DNA from: an uncultured virus (IMG/VR IMGVR_UViG_3300025085_000013)
Taxonomy: Duplodnaviria; Heunggongvirae; Uroviricota; Caudoviricetes
Direction: 5' to 3' (one strand)
IMG/VR virus record: IMGVR_UViG_3300025085_000013
Location: 1 to 64,000 of that record
Length of the DNA stretch: 64,000 nucleotides
The position numbers were made by a program, and so were the translations under genes. Below the pieces are notes generated by a model, which ran no database searches, was not told where the DNA came from, and saw only the letters and a program-made list of their open reading frames with translations. Below, piece by piece: positions 29,576 through 39,852 of the stretch; within the stretch, counting starts at the first letter, position 1, and each line of letters starts with the position of its first letter.

Positions 29576-32500
29576 TTAACCTATTGGTCCAGCACCACCG
29601 TTAACATTAGCAAGTTGTATCCTAGAAACTCTTGTTTGATTTACTGAAGGGTTTAATCCTGCTACTACTTTTTCTAAATCGTTTAATCCTTTAGTTACTG
29701 TCTGCGATGGGAATACATCTATATTTAAATTATCCGATCTGTATTTAGCAAAAACCTCAATGTCATACTGGAATACACTTTGATTATTAGGGTATAAATC
29801 GAAACCAAGCTTCTTGGTGTATGTTACGTTTACAGTAGCTCCAGTAGAATCACCTGCAATATTACCTATACCTCCAGATGAACCAGCTCCTGTACCAAAA
29901 TAGTCTGTCATTCTATACTGAAATACTAAAGGTATATTAATAGAATTTTGCTGACCAAATTGTACAACCTCTTCAGATTGAACCGAGTCTCCATCTACTT
30001 GAATATTTTGATGGGTATCGGTCGATACAAATAAATAAGAACCACATGATTGCTTACCTAATAAATATTGGTCAAAACTATCAAATGCAGTTTTTACATT
30101 TCTTTCATACCCATCACCACCATTAGTAAGATCTGGATTTAATGTAGCATTAGATAAATTAGGTACGGCTACTAATGATGGGCTAGCGGCTAGTGATGTA
30201 TTATTAGCATCATTAAAAGTAACAGGTTCAGTTAAACCTAATGCAATAAGATCTACTGCATTTTCATTTAAATATATTGATTGTTGTTTACCATAGCTTT
30301 CATCTGATTGCAAAGGTATAAACTTTGATTGTCTAAATAAAACATTAGCGGTTCCTGCACCAGATGTTGCAGATGCACTAGTACAATCAATAGCACCTAC
30401 CTGCACTTCCGGTAAAGTTGCATTAACACCACCTAAGGTATCACCTGTTTGTAAAATATAATTTGATCTAAATGCAGCATAACTTTTAACATATGGGTGT
30501 TCAGTATGTACATCAATTACATCATCATTACCTGCTACATAACCGCTAGTAGTAAAAGGTGCTCCTGTTGCATCAAATCCACCTCCCCAGAAAAAGTCAG
30601 TTGCTAAAGCTGTATTTGAAGATGCATTTCTACCATAAAAATTTTCTGCTTGGTCTAGGTTTACAATAAAGTCACCATCAGGGTTTCTATAACTATAAAA
30701 GTTATCTTCTGATGAAACATCACTAAATCTACTATATAAGAATTGGTTTTTATTTTGTGCTGATTGATATGGTGCAATAGAAACATCCTGCCCAAATCTC
30801 CATGAATTACTCGTAGCCGGGTTAGTTAATAAGATTGGGGTTAAATCATATTTTCTAATTGTATTATAATCAGCATCATCAGCCGTGTATGTATTAATAC
30901 CTGAGCTTTGGTTTATTGAACTATTATCTAGCCATGAATATGTTGCAGGCAAAATGGTAGCGCCATTAGTAACATCTGCATTAGTGAGATATGGGCTTAT
31001 TGGCGGATTTTCAGATTGCTTAACCATTCTAGTTCTATTACCTGCAATCCTAGCTATTAATCTTAGTCCAGTTTGTGCAGTGTTTGCAATATTAATAAAG
31101 AAAGTTTTTGATATAATTGCACCTCTAGGATCATCTAAGTTAGCGACCTCTTGTGAATAAAATCCAGCAAAAATACTTGTTGTTGCATTTCTATTAAGAT
31201 TTGTAACATTACCTTGATCATCTACCAAAGTAGTTTGTAATTCACCTTGTGCAGATTGTAAAATCTCAGAAAACAAATCTAACTGATTTTGCATTTCCGT
31301 TAACTTAGTAAATAAATCAATAGGCGTCTGATTCTCAGATAAAAACCCAGATGCAATAACCGGAGATGAATGTGCATAATATGTTTCATTAGCAGTAAAT
31401 GAACTACTTAAATGTTCTTGTATACCCAGTTCATTTAAATCTTGTTCTAAAGAAACTTTTGCTAAGTCTTGTTGATTTTGGTTTATGATTGCTTCAGTAG
31501 CATTATCAGAGCTAAGATCTGCAGGAAATGGAATTATAGCAGCGATTGACCAATCACTCTCTAATGGGTTAGATGGCCATCCAGCCTCACTTATAGATTT
31601 AACTTGTACTTCAACCTGTTCACCTTTTCTTATAGGTATATCTAGTTGATTAATATTTACTGACTCTGCATTATCGGAGTCAATAGGTACCCATTGATAA
31701 ACACCAGTTAAAGAATTTTTAACCCTAGGTCTTAGTGTACTTTCTATTATTGAATAATTTGAAAACGCGCCTTGTGATGTACCTGAACCGTCTTGAAATT
31801 CAAATTGATTAACAGGATTTGCCACACCGTCATTAGATAAATAACGATATCTTATTTTAAATTTAACAATAGACTGTGGCCCTGTTGCTGGGGTAGATTT
31901 TTCTAATGGCATTGACCAAAAACCTCTTACTCTATATTTAGGTGCAATGCTTGATACAGAATTATCTTTCGCTTTTGCATCTATCTCTTTTACAACAGAT
32001 GAGTATAATTCAGCCTGAGAAGATCTTTCTGTAATTAAACCTTGTAATGCATTCTTGTCAGCATCTCTTTCTACTTCAGTAGAATAATTAGTGGTTTGTA
32101 TTTTAGTTCTACTTTGCTGAATCGCCACATCGAGTTCCTTTAAGGTAGACTCAATAGTATTCTTTTGATTATTTAAATCAGTAAGTTCAATTATAGCAGG
32201 TGAATCGCTTACTTGTGCATTAATTAATTTAACACCAAAATCTTCAGTATTTATTGTAGGTGAATTAGGCTTAATTCCTTCTCTTGTTGTTGGGATTTTA
32301 TCATCCGCAAAAGAAAGTAACATTGATCCAAAATCAATTGCACTCTGCTGATAATATTCTGCTAATGTTTGACTAGAGCCGGCTGCATTAATAGTAGTAA
32401 GTGTATTTGTATAAAACGAACTACCTGGTGACCAATTTACTGAAGGTATTTTAGAATTAGGATCTATTGGTTTTACAAAAGTAACACATCTTTCATTAAA

Positions 32501-33469
32501 TCCTACAGTAACATCTACTTGTACATTGTCTTCTACTGATGATGCGATTTTTAGCATATCAGAACCAATTAAAACAGGATCAGATCCTTCAACTAATTCT
32601 AAGATAACTGTATTTGTGCTAGAATCTAATTTAGTAACTTTATATCTTGTACTAATAGGATCGCTAATTACTTCAAGACTATCACCAACTGCTAGCTGAA
32701 TAGTATCACCAAAATTTGCCTCAGAGTCAGTATAAAAAATCTTATTTAATTTATATTGCTTTTTTTGTGATACTACAGTAACACCATTTACTTCTTCCGT
32801 AACAGTAGCATCCGATATTCTAAGTACACTAAAATTACCAGTATATCTTTTGGACCTAGGCGGTAAATCAACAACTGCTTCATCTAATACATATGATATA
32901 TTTCTTTCTACGATTTGTTGTAAAAAAGTAGTGTAATTTATATCTGATCGCCCTTCATAATTACTATTAAAATAATTAATCTTAGATTGCGTGTTAGTAT
33001 TAAGTATGTATCTTCTTATGATTGCTCTTTCAGTATCAATAGGTACTTGGCCAGTTAAATCAAAAGATACATATAATAGAGGATTTATTAATTCTTCAAA
33101 AAACCAATTAGGCTTTACATTAAATCTCTCTACTGTATTAATGCTAGATAAATCACTAGCCTCAACAGGTAACTGTGCCAATACTAACTTTCTAAATGTA
33201 CCATCAGATAACCTTATAGAACTATTTGATCCATTTACATTTGTAATTGTATTAAGATTATTATCTAATCTATCTATTGAATTTTTAAGAAAGCCAAAAC
33301 TTGGAATAGTAACTCTAGAATTTGTACCGTTATCATTTTGAATATTAATTGTAACAGATTCATTACTTGAAGTTATGGCCTGATTAACCTTTTCAAAACT
33401 CTCTAAAGAATTATTAAATAACCTTAGAAGCTCAGGTAAAAGTGTTGATATTGAATTATTTTCAGCCAT
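29576..33469 (-). CDS. Large structural protein (1297 aa) with coiled-coil segments
   Basis: Long ORF in structural context. Confidence 0.55.
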   Translation of the reverse strand: MAENNSISTLLPELLRLFNNSLESFEKVNQAITSSNESVTINIQNDNGTNSRVTIPSFGFLKNSIDRLDNNLNTITNVNGSNSSIRLSDGTFRKLVLAQLPVEASDLSSINTVERFNVKPNWFFEELINPLLYVSFDLTGQVPIDTERAIIRRYILNTNTQSKINYFNSNYEGRSDINYTTFLQQIVERNISYVLDEAVVDLPPRSKRYTGNFSVLRISDATVTEEVNGVTVVSQKKQYKLNKIFYTDSEANFGDTIQLAVGDSLEVISDPISTRYKVTKLDSSTNTVILELVEGSDPVLIGSDMLKIASSVEDNVQVDVTVGFNERCVTFVKPIDPNSKIPSVNWSPGSSFYTNTLTTINAAGSSQTLAEYYQQSAIDFGSMLLSFADDKIPTTREGIKPNSPTINTEDFGVKLINAQVSDSPAIIELTDLNNQKNTIESTLKELDVAIQQSRTKIQTTNYSTEVERDADKNALQGLITERSSQAELYSSVVKEIDAKAKDNSVSSIAPKYRVRGFWSMPLEKSTPATGPQSIVKFKIRYRYLSNDGVANPVNQFEFQDGSGTSQGAFSNYSIIESTLRPRVKNSLTGVYQWVPIDSDNAESVNINQLDIPIRKGEQVEVQVKSISEAGWPSNPLESDWSIAAIIPFPADLSSDNATEAIINQNQQDLAKVSLEQDLNELGIQEHLSSSFTANETYYAHSSPVIASGFLSENQTPIDLFTKLTEMQNQLDLFSEILQSAQGELQTTLVDDQGNVTNLNRNATTSIFAGFYSQEVANLDDPRGAIISKTFFINIANTAQTGLRLIARIAGNRTRMVKQSENPPISPYLTNADVTNGATILPATYSWLDNSSINQSSGINTYTADDADYNTIRKYDLTPILLTNPATSNSWRFGQDVSIAPYQSAQNKNQFLYSRFSDVSSEDNFYSYRNPDGDFIVNLDQAENFYGRNASSNTALATDFFWGGGFDATGAPFTTSGYVAGNDDVIDVHTEHPYVKSYAAFRSNYILQTGDTLGGVNATLPEVQVGAIDCTSASATSGAGTANVLFRQSKFIPLQSDESYGKQQSIYLNENAVDLIALGLTEPVTFNDANNTSLAASPSLVAVPNLSNATLNPDLTNGGDGYERNVKTAFDSFDQYLLGKQSCGSYLFVSTDTHQNIQVDGDSVQSEEVVQFGQQNSINIPLVFQYRMTDYFGTGAGSSGGIGNIAGDSTGATVNVTYTKKLGFDLYPNNQSVFQYDIEVFAKYRSDNLNIDVFPSQTVTKGLNDLEKVVAGLNPSVNQTRVSRIQLANVNGGAGPIG

Positions 33470-33491
33470 TAGTTATGCTTTCTTTTATTAT

Positions 33492-35606
33492 TTATTTAAT
33501 TACGTCATACACAAAATTTAAGATGCCTTGTTCTGTGCATATAAATTCTATGATAGGTTTTTGTGATATATCTATATTTGTTATAACACCCATAGAAACT
33601 CCAAATGAACCAGTATTTAATCTACTTTGTGCATCTGTCCAAACTCTGATATTTCTTGAACCTATATTTAGATTATTATTAAATACCAATCTTAAAGTTT
33701 GTCCCGTTGACCATTGTATGTCAGTATCATCTATATAAACATTTAAATCTCCACCTGCTTCATTAACAGTATCTAATCTTAGCATATTTGTATAAATCCT
33801 AAGGTCTGAAAATACTTGCGGTGTCGCTTGGTTTAAATTAAGAGGATTAGATGTAGTAATTTCTAATTGATCTTTGTCAAAGGGAACCATCAAATTATAT
33901 TCTTGGTTTGCTAATGAAATGGTTATAAGGTTTGGTGTATTGGTATCTACATTTATTCCTGTGCCTTGTCTAATTACATTAGTGTTATATTGTAATGTAA
34001 TAGGAACATTTCCATTTGCCAATCCTTGGATTTCATCAGAGTTCTTAGCTATTAAATCAAGCAGAACAGTATCATTAGCAAAAGCAAGATTGGCATTATC
34101 CAATTGTCTTTGTATACTGTTAAGTTGTGCTTGTAATGAAGTAACATCAGAAACATTTGTTATCTGATTTTCTAATGACTGTACTTTTTGATCCAGTTCA
34201 GAAATTTCTAATTGTTGGGTCTGAAATATTTTTGCTGATTCTTGAAGTTGTGCAGTCGCTTCACTGAAGAGCTGCATTGAAAATGTATTATAGTCATTGA
34301 CAATTGTATCGATACCGGCCGTTCCTGGTGAAGCATCAAATCGTAAATTGATTTTAAATCCATAACTGTTTCCATTCTGTCCTGTAACTTTATTAGGTTT
34401 ATATTTTGGGTATCTTTGGATATAACCACCATCAGTTGTAGGTGTTATGTTATCTACTAATAAAATACCGTAAAGGTTAGTAACAGTATTTGCTGTGTTA
34501 CTAGTGTCTACTAAATCGTAATAAACCAATACCGCATTAAATTCAAATGTACTTGCTAAATCAGTTCCATTAAATTGAGGTATTGTTGCAATTGTTGGAT
34601 CTGTTATAATCTGCTCATAATCGTTAGGTGTAAAATCTACAGAAATACCATCTAACTGAGACCTAACATAAGCAGAGCCATTAAATCCAACGGGATTATT
34701 ATAATCACTAGGATATTTTTGTATATCAACACTGATTGGTGATGTGAATGTTATAGGCTCGGTAAAATAAGAATCTAATGATGTTGGCGGCGTAGGTTCA
34801 TTCATCCAATTTGCATTAGAATCCGTATACCCACCTGAGTTTAAACCTAGCAAAGGTTGATCATAATCATAAAATGCATTTATGCTTAATCCTTGTGGTT
34901 GTATTGTACTAGCATTACGCCCTAAGATAAATTCGTCTTTACCCTGTATTCTTAAACTTGGTTGATAGTTTGCATCAGATATAGAATCAAATAAAATAGT
35001 TGGTGTTCCACCTACTTCAGTTGGTACATTAATATAAAGTTCTGTATAAGCTTCACCTGCTTTATCTACATTATTAACAATATCAATATCGCCTACATAT
35101 TGTACAACCTTTCTATATTGCCTTGCTCCTGTTTTAATCTCATCTTCTTCAACAAACAAAGGCCTTGAAACTCCAGGATTTTTTTCAAGATTAGTAGCAG
35201 CACGAAATCGCATTGCACCAGTCTCTTTCATCCATTTAAAAAATACTCTTTCGGCAACAGATCTCTGTATTGTATTATCATAAGAAGCATCACTAATAAT
35301 TAATTCTTCTAAGTTCAGCGCGTAATTCTGAAGACTTTCTGTAAAATTAACATTAGGATCACCTTTTAATCCACCACTAAGAATCATACCATCAATGGTA
35401 TCAAACTGCATATAGTTTTCGTAATTACTAAATGTGTTTGGGTCTAGCTTATCAAAGTCAGGAATATTTAAAAGCACAAACTTAGAAAAGACCAGTTTGA
35501 GCTCATCATTATTGAGTGTCTTAGACAAATCTCTCGCAGAGGAAGAGAAGGTATAAAATGTACCCCCATCAGCTTGCGGTGTTTTAATTAAAGGCGTAGT
35601 TGCCAT
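33492..35606 (-). CDS. Structural protein (704 aa) with a coiled coil
   Basis: Heptad stretch ISELDQKVQSLENQI; structural context. Confidence 0.55.
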   Translation of the reverse strand: MATTPLIKTPQADGGTFYTFSSSARDLSKTLNNDELKLVFSKFVLLNIPDFDKLDPNTFSNYENYMQFDTIDGMILSGGLKGDPNVNFTESLQNYALNLEELIISDASYDNTIQRSVAERVFFKWMKETGAMRFRAATNLEKNPGVSRPLFVEEDEIKTGARQYRKVVQYVGDIDIVNNVDKAGEAYTELYINVPTEVGGTPTILFDSISDANYQPSLRIQGKDEFILGRNASTIQPQGLSINAFYDYDQPLLGLNSGGYTDSNANWMNEPTPPTSLDSYFTEPITFTSPISVDIQKYPSDYNNPVGFNGSAYVRSQLDGISVDFTPNDYEQIITDPTIATIPQFNGTDLASTFEFNAVLVYYDLVDTSNTANTVTNLYGILLVDNITPTTDGGYIQRYPKYKPNKVTGQNGNSYGFKINLRFDASPGTAGIDTIVNDYNTFSMQLFSEATAQLQESAKIFQTQQLEISELDQKVQSLENQITNVSDVTSLQAQLNSIQRQLDNANLAFANDTVLLDLIAKNSDEIQGLANGNVPITLQYNTNVIRQGTGINVDTNTPNLITISLANQEYNLMVPFDKDQLEITTSNPLNLNQATPQVFSDLRIYTNMLRLDTVNEAGGDLNVYIDDTDIQWSTGQTLRLVFNNNLNIGSRNIRVWTDAQSRLNTGSFGVSMGVITNIDISQKPIIEFICTEQGILNFVYDVIK

Positions 35607-35629
35607 GTATTACTTTTTCTTTTTAATTA

Positions 35630-36280
35630 TTATGATAATGTATATGCATCACCCCCTACAATAAACCATACTCCGTTTCCGGTTCCATCGTCAACACATA
35701 GTAAATGAACAGTCTGCCCCTGTGCAGCTAAATCTATATTTGTATTACCCCCACTTAATACAAGTGGTGTAACTGCTCCAGTAATTCTTACTGTACCAGT
35801 TTGTGCTTGTGAATATACAAAAAAGATTTCCTGACCAATTGCACCATCATTTAGTGAAAGTGTTACAATGTTTGCTACATCACTATTACCAACACGCTCT
35901 GTTGTATATGGTGGTATAGCTGTACTTGTACCTACTGCTATATTATAAGGTACTGCACCTGCAAAAATATCATCTAATGTTTGTGGGTCTATGTCATTTC
36001 TAAATAACCCTCCACCATTTAAGTTTAAATTACCTGTCATATTAACATTAGTTAATACATCAAACGTAGATGCATTAATATCTAATAATACAGTAGATAA
36101 ACCAACCCTTAGTGACTCTGTCTTCAGATCATTAAGATTGGTAATAGTACCTGCAGTAGGGTTAAAATAAACCTCCATTGCATTAATTTCACTGGTCACT
36201 ATATTGAAATTATCATTCAATACTAACCTGGATCCGGATAATGAATCTGTTCCGAGAATTTCTGTTACGCTAATTGCCAT
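35630..36280 (-). CDS. Small fibre/baseplate-attached protein
   Basis: N-terminus (EILGTDSLS...LNDNF) resembles that of the 1112-aa fibre. Confidence 0.55.
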   Translation of the reverse strand: MAISVTEILGTDSLSGSRLVLNDNFNIVTSEINAMEVYFNPTAGTITNLNDLKTESLRVGLSTVLLDINASTFDVLTNVNMTGNLNLNGGGLFRNDIDPQTLDDIFAGAVPYNIAVGTSTAIPPYTTERVGNSDVANIVTLSLNDGAIGQEIFFVYSQAQTGTVRITGAVTPLVLSGGNTNIDLAAQGQTVHLLCVDDGTGNGVWFIVGGDAYTLS

Positions 36281-36289
36281 TTCTTTTCT

Positions 36290-39200
36290 TTATTTAATTA
36301 CTAGGATATTTCTTCCCTTTTTATATTTATTCCCATTCGTATCTGTAAGTTCAAGGGTAATCTCGTATTTACCAGATTCCTTAAACAGATATGTTAAGTA
36401 TTTACTCTCAAAATATATATCAGCTATGTTTGAGTTAGTTGTATTCTTAATAATCCACCTAGGATTAGTTTTACCTGGAATCTTGCATTTATCATAAACA
36501 AACATTAACCAAGTCATTTTAGGTAATGTTTTACCGTTGTTTACAAACTTAGCTGTATTCCATGTAGGGTTGCTTGCTTTGCTTAACCCTTTTCTATAAA
36601 TCAAACTCGGGCAGCCAGTTGAACCTGTCGAAAAAGGTGAACCTGTTACTCCAGTACTCGGACATACTCTATCACCGTTAGCATATACGATATCAAGATA
36701 TACCCAATCACCATGTACCCCAAAATATCTACAGACGGCTTGTATAAATTTTTGATTACTACTTGCGTCATAAACTACATTATAAACATACTTATTAATA
36801 ATTCTATTGGTACTAATATTTAAACTAGCAGCTGCATCAGCCAATGTGTTAATTGATAAGTCAAAATAATGCTCGGCCGTTTCACCATTAACATCAGTTA
36901 TTTTAAGATATGTTTCAGGCACAACTTCTTGGAATTGAAAAAATGCAGGTGTATCACCAGTAGTACTAGTCATATCCCACCATAAATGATAAGTGTCATT
37001 CCAACCACCGGTGGTTAAATTCTCCCACCTATATGGGCTAGAAAAACTAGCTTTACCATCATCTTGAAAATTTAATAACTGAAAGTCAGGTGATGTACCT
37101 AAACCAAAATTATTTAATATTGCATTTACTCTATCTAACGATGCATATAAGCTAGGAGTCTCTTGATCCCATGTTACATCAGGGGTAATAGGTAAATTCC
37201 ATAAAGATCCATAATTGTTCCAATCGTAAGATCCTTCGCTTGACCAAGTATAATTTAATTTCCTTGCTTGATACCAACCAGAGTATTCAACTTCTCTATT
37301 TTCTACACAAATAAAATCAGTCTTAACATTTGACGATATATTATTGTATAAGTCATATAGCTTCATTTCTACACTATATACTCCTACGTATGGTAATATT
37401 ATAGGTAAATTATTATACTGTGCAATAGGACCTCTTATTTTCTTGTAGTAAGAAGGTGAAACATCTGTAGCATCTTTATATATGGTCCACTCTATTTCAT
37501 CAAAATTACCTCTTTCTATACCATCCCAGGTAAATAAAGTTTCTCCTGGTAATTGGTTAAATAATAATTGACTTCCTACTGAAGATTGACATGAAACATT
37601 TAATCTATCGACATTCTGCCCAAATAATCTAATCACCTCACCCGTAGAAATAGTTTCTTTACTAATATCCCAAAATAACCAAGGGTCTGTAAATGATGAC
37701 TTTAATAATGCTAACTGGTTATAGAGAGCATCCCTAACCTCAACATCAGTATCACCGACTACAGCAGTGTAACTAGCGCCTGTTCCTGTAGCAGGATCAG
37801 TAACAGAAAATACATCACCTACGAATACTCCTTGTGGATCAATGTCAAATGTAAAGAATGTATTTGCATCGTTTAATTGATTCCATGTAGAGTTTACATT
37901 ATCCCATGTTATATTTTTAAATGAATCATTCTTTAAAACAGTCATTGCCCCAACTGGTATATCCGGCTTGTCAGGTAAATAATACGAAGACTCACCATCA
38001 GGCCACGCACCAACCTTATTTAATTTTGGCGCATACCTAGTAAAATAAGCTAAAAACGCATCTGCTAAATCTGAAACTTTAAAATCATTACCATTTTGTA
38101 TATTACCTAGAGGGCTATTAGGATCTGGTCCAATTGGAGCCGGAGGATAATTATAAGAACCTGACACAGGACCAACTACTAAATTTCTACCAATATTCTG
38201 AGCCGATGCAAGTGGTGCTATATATGCATTACAATAATTTATTATAGCTTGGTTAACTATAGCCTCCGATGCTAAACAAAATTGGCTAAATGATCTAAGA
38301 TCTTCCATGTAAATACAATCATCGGTAGAAAGTTTAAAGTTAGTATCTATACCTGCTACAATTTCTCTCTTATCATTTCTACTTATTGTATTAACTACTT
38401 CTAATAAACCAAAAAAGTCAGCCTCACCTGTGATATCTTTAATCCTAGCATTAAGAGGTAAAAATTCGCTTTCTAATTTTCTTTTTAAACCAAATAACTT
38501 TATTAAAATTTCTTCAATAGTAAAATCAAAATTTTCTTCAGTTATAGGTAATGACTCTTCATCAAACTTATCAGGTACTATATTATTAATTCTATAAACT
38601 AAACTAAATAAACTTGTTTTTCTAAATCTTTTATTAGGTAGTGTTATTGATTTGTCATTTAATTGAACCGTTGGGTTAAATATATCAATACTATTACTCA
38701 TAATATATTTACCGAACTGTGGAGAGTTAGCATCAACATTTCTCCAAAATTCTTTAACATCTAATTTATCATAACCAAAGAATTTAATTGCATTAACTAA
38801 TCCTTTGTAAGAACCTATGAAAGGGTAAATATTAGAACCTTCTAACATGATCTCCTTTCTCTTTAAATTTACTTCTTCAAAGTTAGGTAGAATTTCTTTA
38901 ATATTAGTATCTCTAAATACACTACTATCTGATTCTAAAATATTATACCCCATATTTTGAGTCATAACCTTTAACCTTTCATCCTCACCAACAGTTTCTC
39001 CCCAAAATAATATTTCAGCTATAATGTTACCAGTACAATCATCTTTAATAAATAAAGTCCTCTTAAACGTATTTTCTACTTCAGATCTTATTGCAACATT
39101 AATTTGTAATGCCTCTGATGTAATTTGATCAGTGATTAAAAATCCTTCAGGACTAACTATATAATTAGGATCGCTATCTAACGGTATCTCTACTTCAGAT

Positions 39201-39580
39201 ACTATTTTTAAAGGTGGTCCATCTGGTTCTATCTCTAACGAAGTCTGAGTACCTGTATCAAAATTCATATCAAACTGAAACAAGAATATCTCAGTAGGAT
39301 CTGATGTTTCCCATTCAGCAACCCAATTACATATACCATTAGTTGATCCAGTTGTACCAGTAGCAACCTCAAGACCATGTGGAAATCCAAATTGTTTTGT
39401 ATTAGTATTCGAATTAATAAATTCTTGTAAAATAAATAATTGTCCAACTTCAAATAAACCAATAGAAACTTCAGGCAAATAAACATTTCCCGTCCACTTA
39501 TCTTGATCTTTATCATAATCAAGGTTTAAGTATTTTCCATTCTTATCAAAGAAGTTTAAATATTGCCAATTATTAGCCAT
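36290..39580 (-). CDS. Baseplate wedge protein (gp7-like) with PKD/Ig-like domains
   Basis: IGSYKGLVNAIKFFGY wedge-type motif; GVYSVEMKLYD and GKYEITLELTD PKD-like strands; follows the gp6-like gene. Confidence 0.5.
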   Translation of the reverse strand: MANNWQYLNFFDKNGKYLNLDYDKDQDKWTGNVYLPEVSIGLFEVGQLFILQEFINSNTNTKQFGFPHGLEVATGTTGSTNGICNWVAEWETSDPTEIFLFQFDMNFDTGTQTSLEIEPDGPPLKIVSEVEIPLDSDPNYIVSPEGFLITDQITSEALQINVAIRSEVENTFKRTLFIKDDCTGNIIAEILFWGETVGEDERLKVMTQNMGYNILESDSSVFRDTNIKEILPNFEEVNLKRKEIMLEGSNIYPFIGSYKGLVNAIKFFGYDKLDVKEFWRNVDANSPQFGKYIMSNSIDIFNPTVQLNDKSITLPNKRFRKTSLFSLVYRINNIVPDKFDEESLPITEENFDFTIEEILIKLFGLKRKLESEFLPLNARIKDITGEADFFGLLEVVNTISRNDKREIVAGIDTNFKLSTDDCIYMEDLRSFSQFCLASEAIVNQAIINYCNAYIAPLASAQNIGRNLVVGPVSGSYNYPPAPIGPDPNSPLGNIQNGNDFKVSDLADAFLAYFTRYAPKLNKVGAWPDGESSYYLPDKPDIPVGAMTVLKNDSFKNITWDNVNSTWNQLNDANTFFTFDIDPQGVFVGDVFSVTDPATGTGASYTAVVGDTDVEVRDALYNQLALLKSSFTDPWLFWDISKETISTGEVIRLFGQNVDRLNVSCQSSVGSQLLFNQLPGETLFTWDGIERGNFDEIEWTIYKDATDVSPSYYKKIRGPIAQYNNLPIILPYVGVYSVEMKLYDLYNNISSNVKTDFICVENREVEYSGWYQARKLNYTWSSEGSYDWNNYGSLWNLPITPDVTWDQETPSLYASLDRVNAILNNFGLGTSPDFQLLNFQDDGKASFSSPYRWENLTTGGWNDTYHLWWDMTSTTGDTPAFFQFQEVVPETYLKITDVNGETAEHYFDLSINTLADAAASLNISTNRIINKYVYNVVYDASSNQKFIQAVCRYFGVHGDWVYLDIVYANGDRVCPSTGVTGSPFSTGSTGCPSLIYRKGLSKASNPTWNTAKFVNNGKTLPKMTWLMFVYDKCKIPGKTNPRWIIKNTTNSNIADIYFESKYLTYLFKESGKYEITLELTDTNGNKYKKGRNILVIK

Positions 39581-39581
39581 C

Positions 39582-39851
39582 TTAATTTATTTTTTGATAA
39601 TCTTTAGGTACACCAAAATTATAGTATATTCTTAGATACTTTACTTTATTAATCCAGAAAGTCATTATAGGTTTTAAATACTCATCTAAGAATATTCCAA
39701 GTCTTTCATTTCTAAACATATAATTAGAAAAAGAATTTCTCATTAAGTTTTCATTATAATCATTACCTAGGTTTTTTAATTCCCACCCCTCTTCATATGT
39801 AGCTTTATATACACTTGGCATACCAGTACGTCTTTCTGTAAATTTATTCAT
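39582..39851 (-). CDS. Hypothetical baseplate-associated protein
   Basis: 89 aa between wedge genes. Confidence 0.55.
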   Translation of the reverse strand: MNKFTERRTGMPSVYKATYEEGWELKNLGNDYNENLMRNSFSNYMFRNERLGIFLDEYLKPIMTFWINKVKYLRIYYNFGVPKDYQKIN

Positions 39852-39852
39852 A

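Noticed and set aside
21695..39522. Nested same-strand ORFs at 21695-21994, 34208-34432 and 39265-39522
   Set aside because: Out-of-frame ORFs inside larger genes with no motif support; nothing suggests an embedded lipoprotein.
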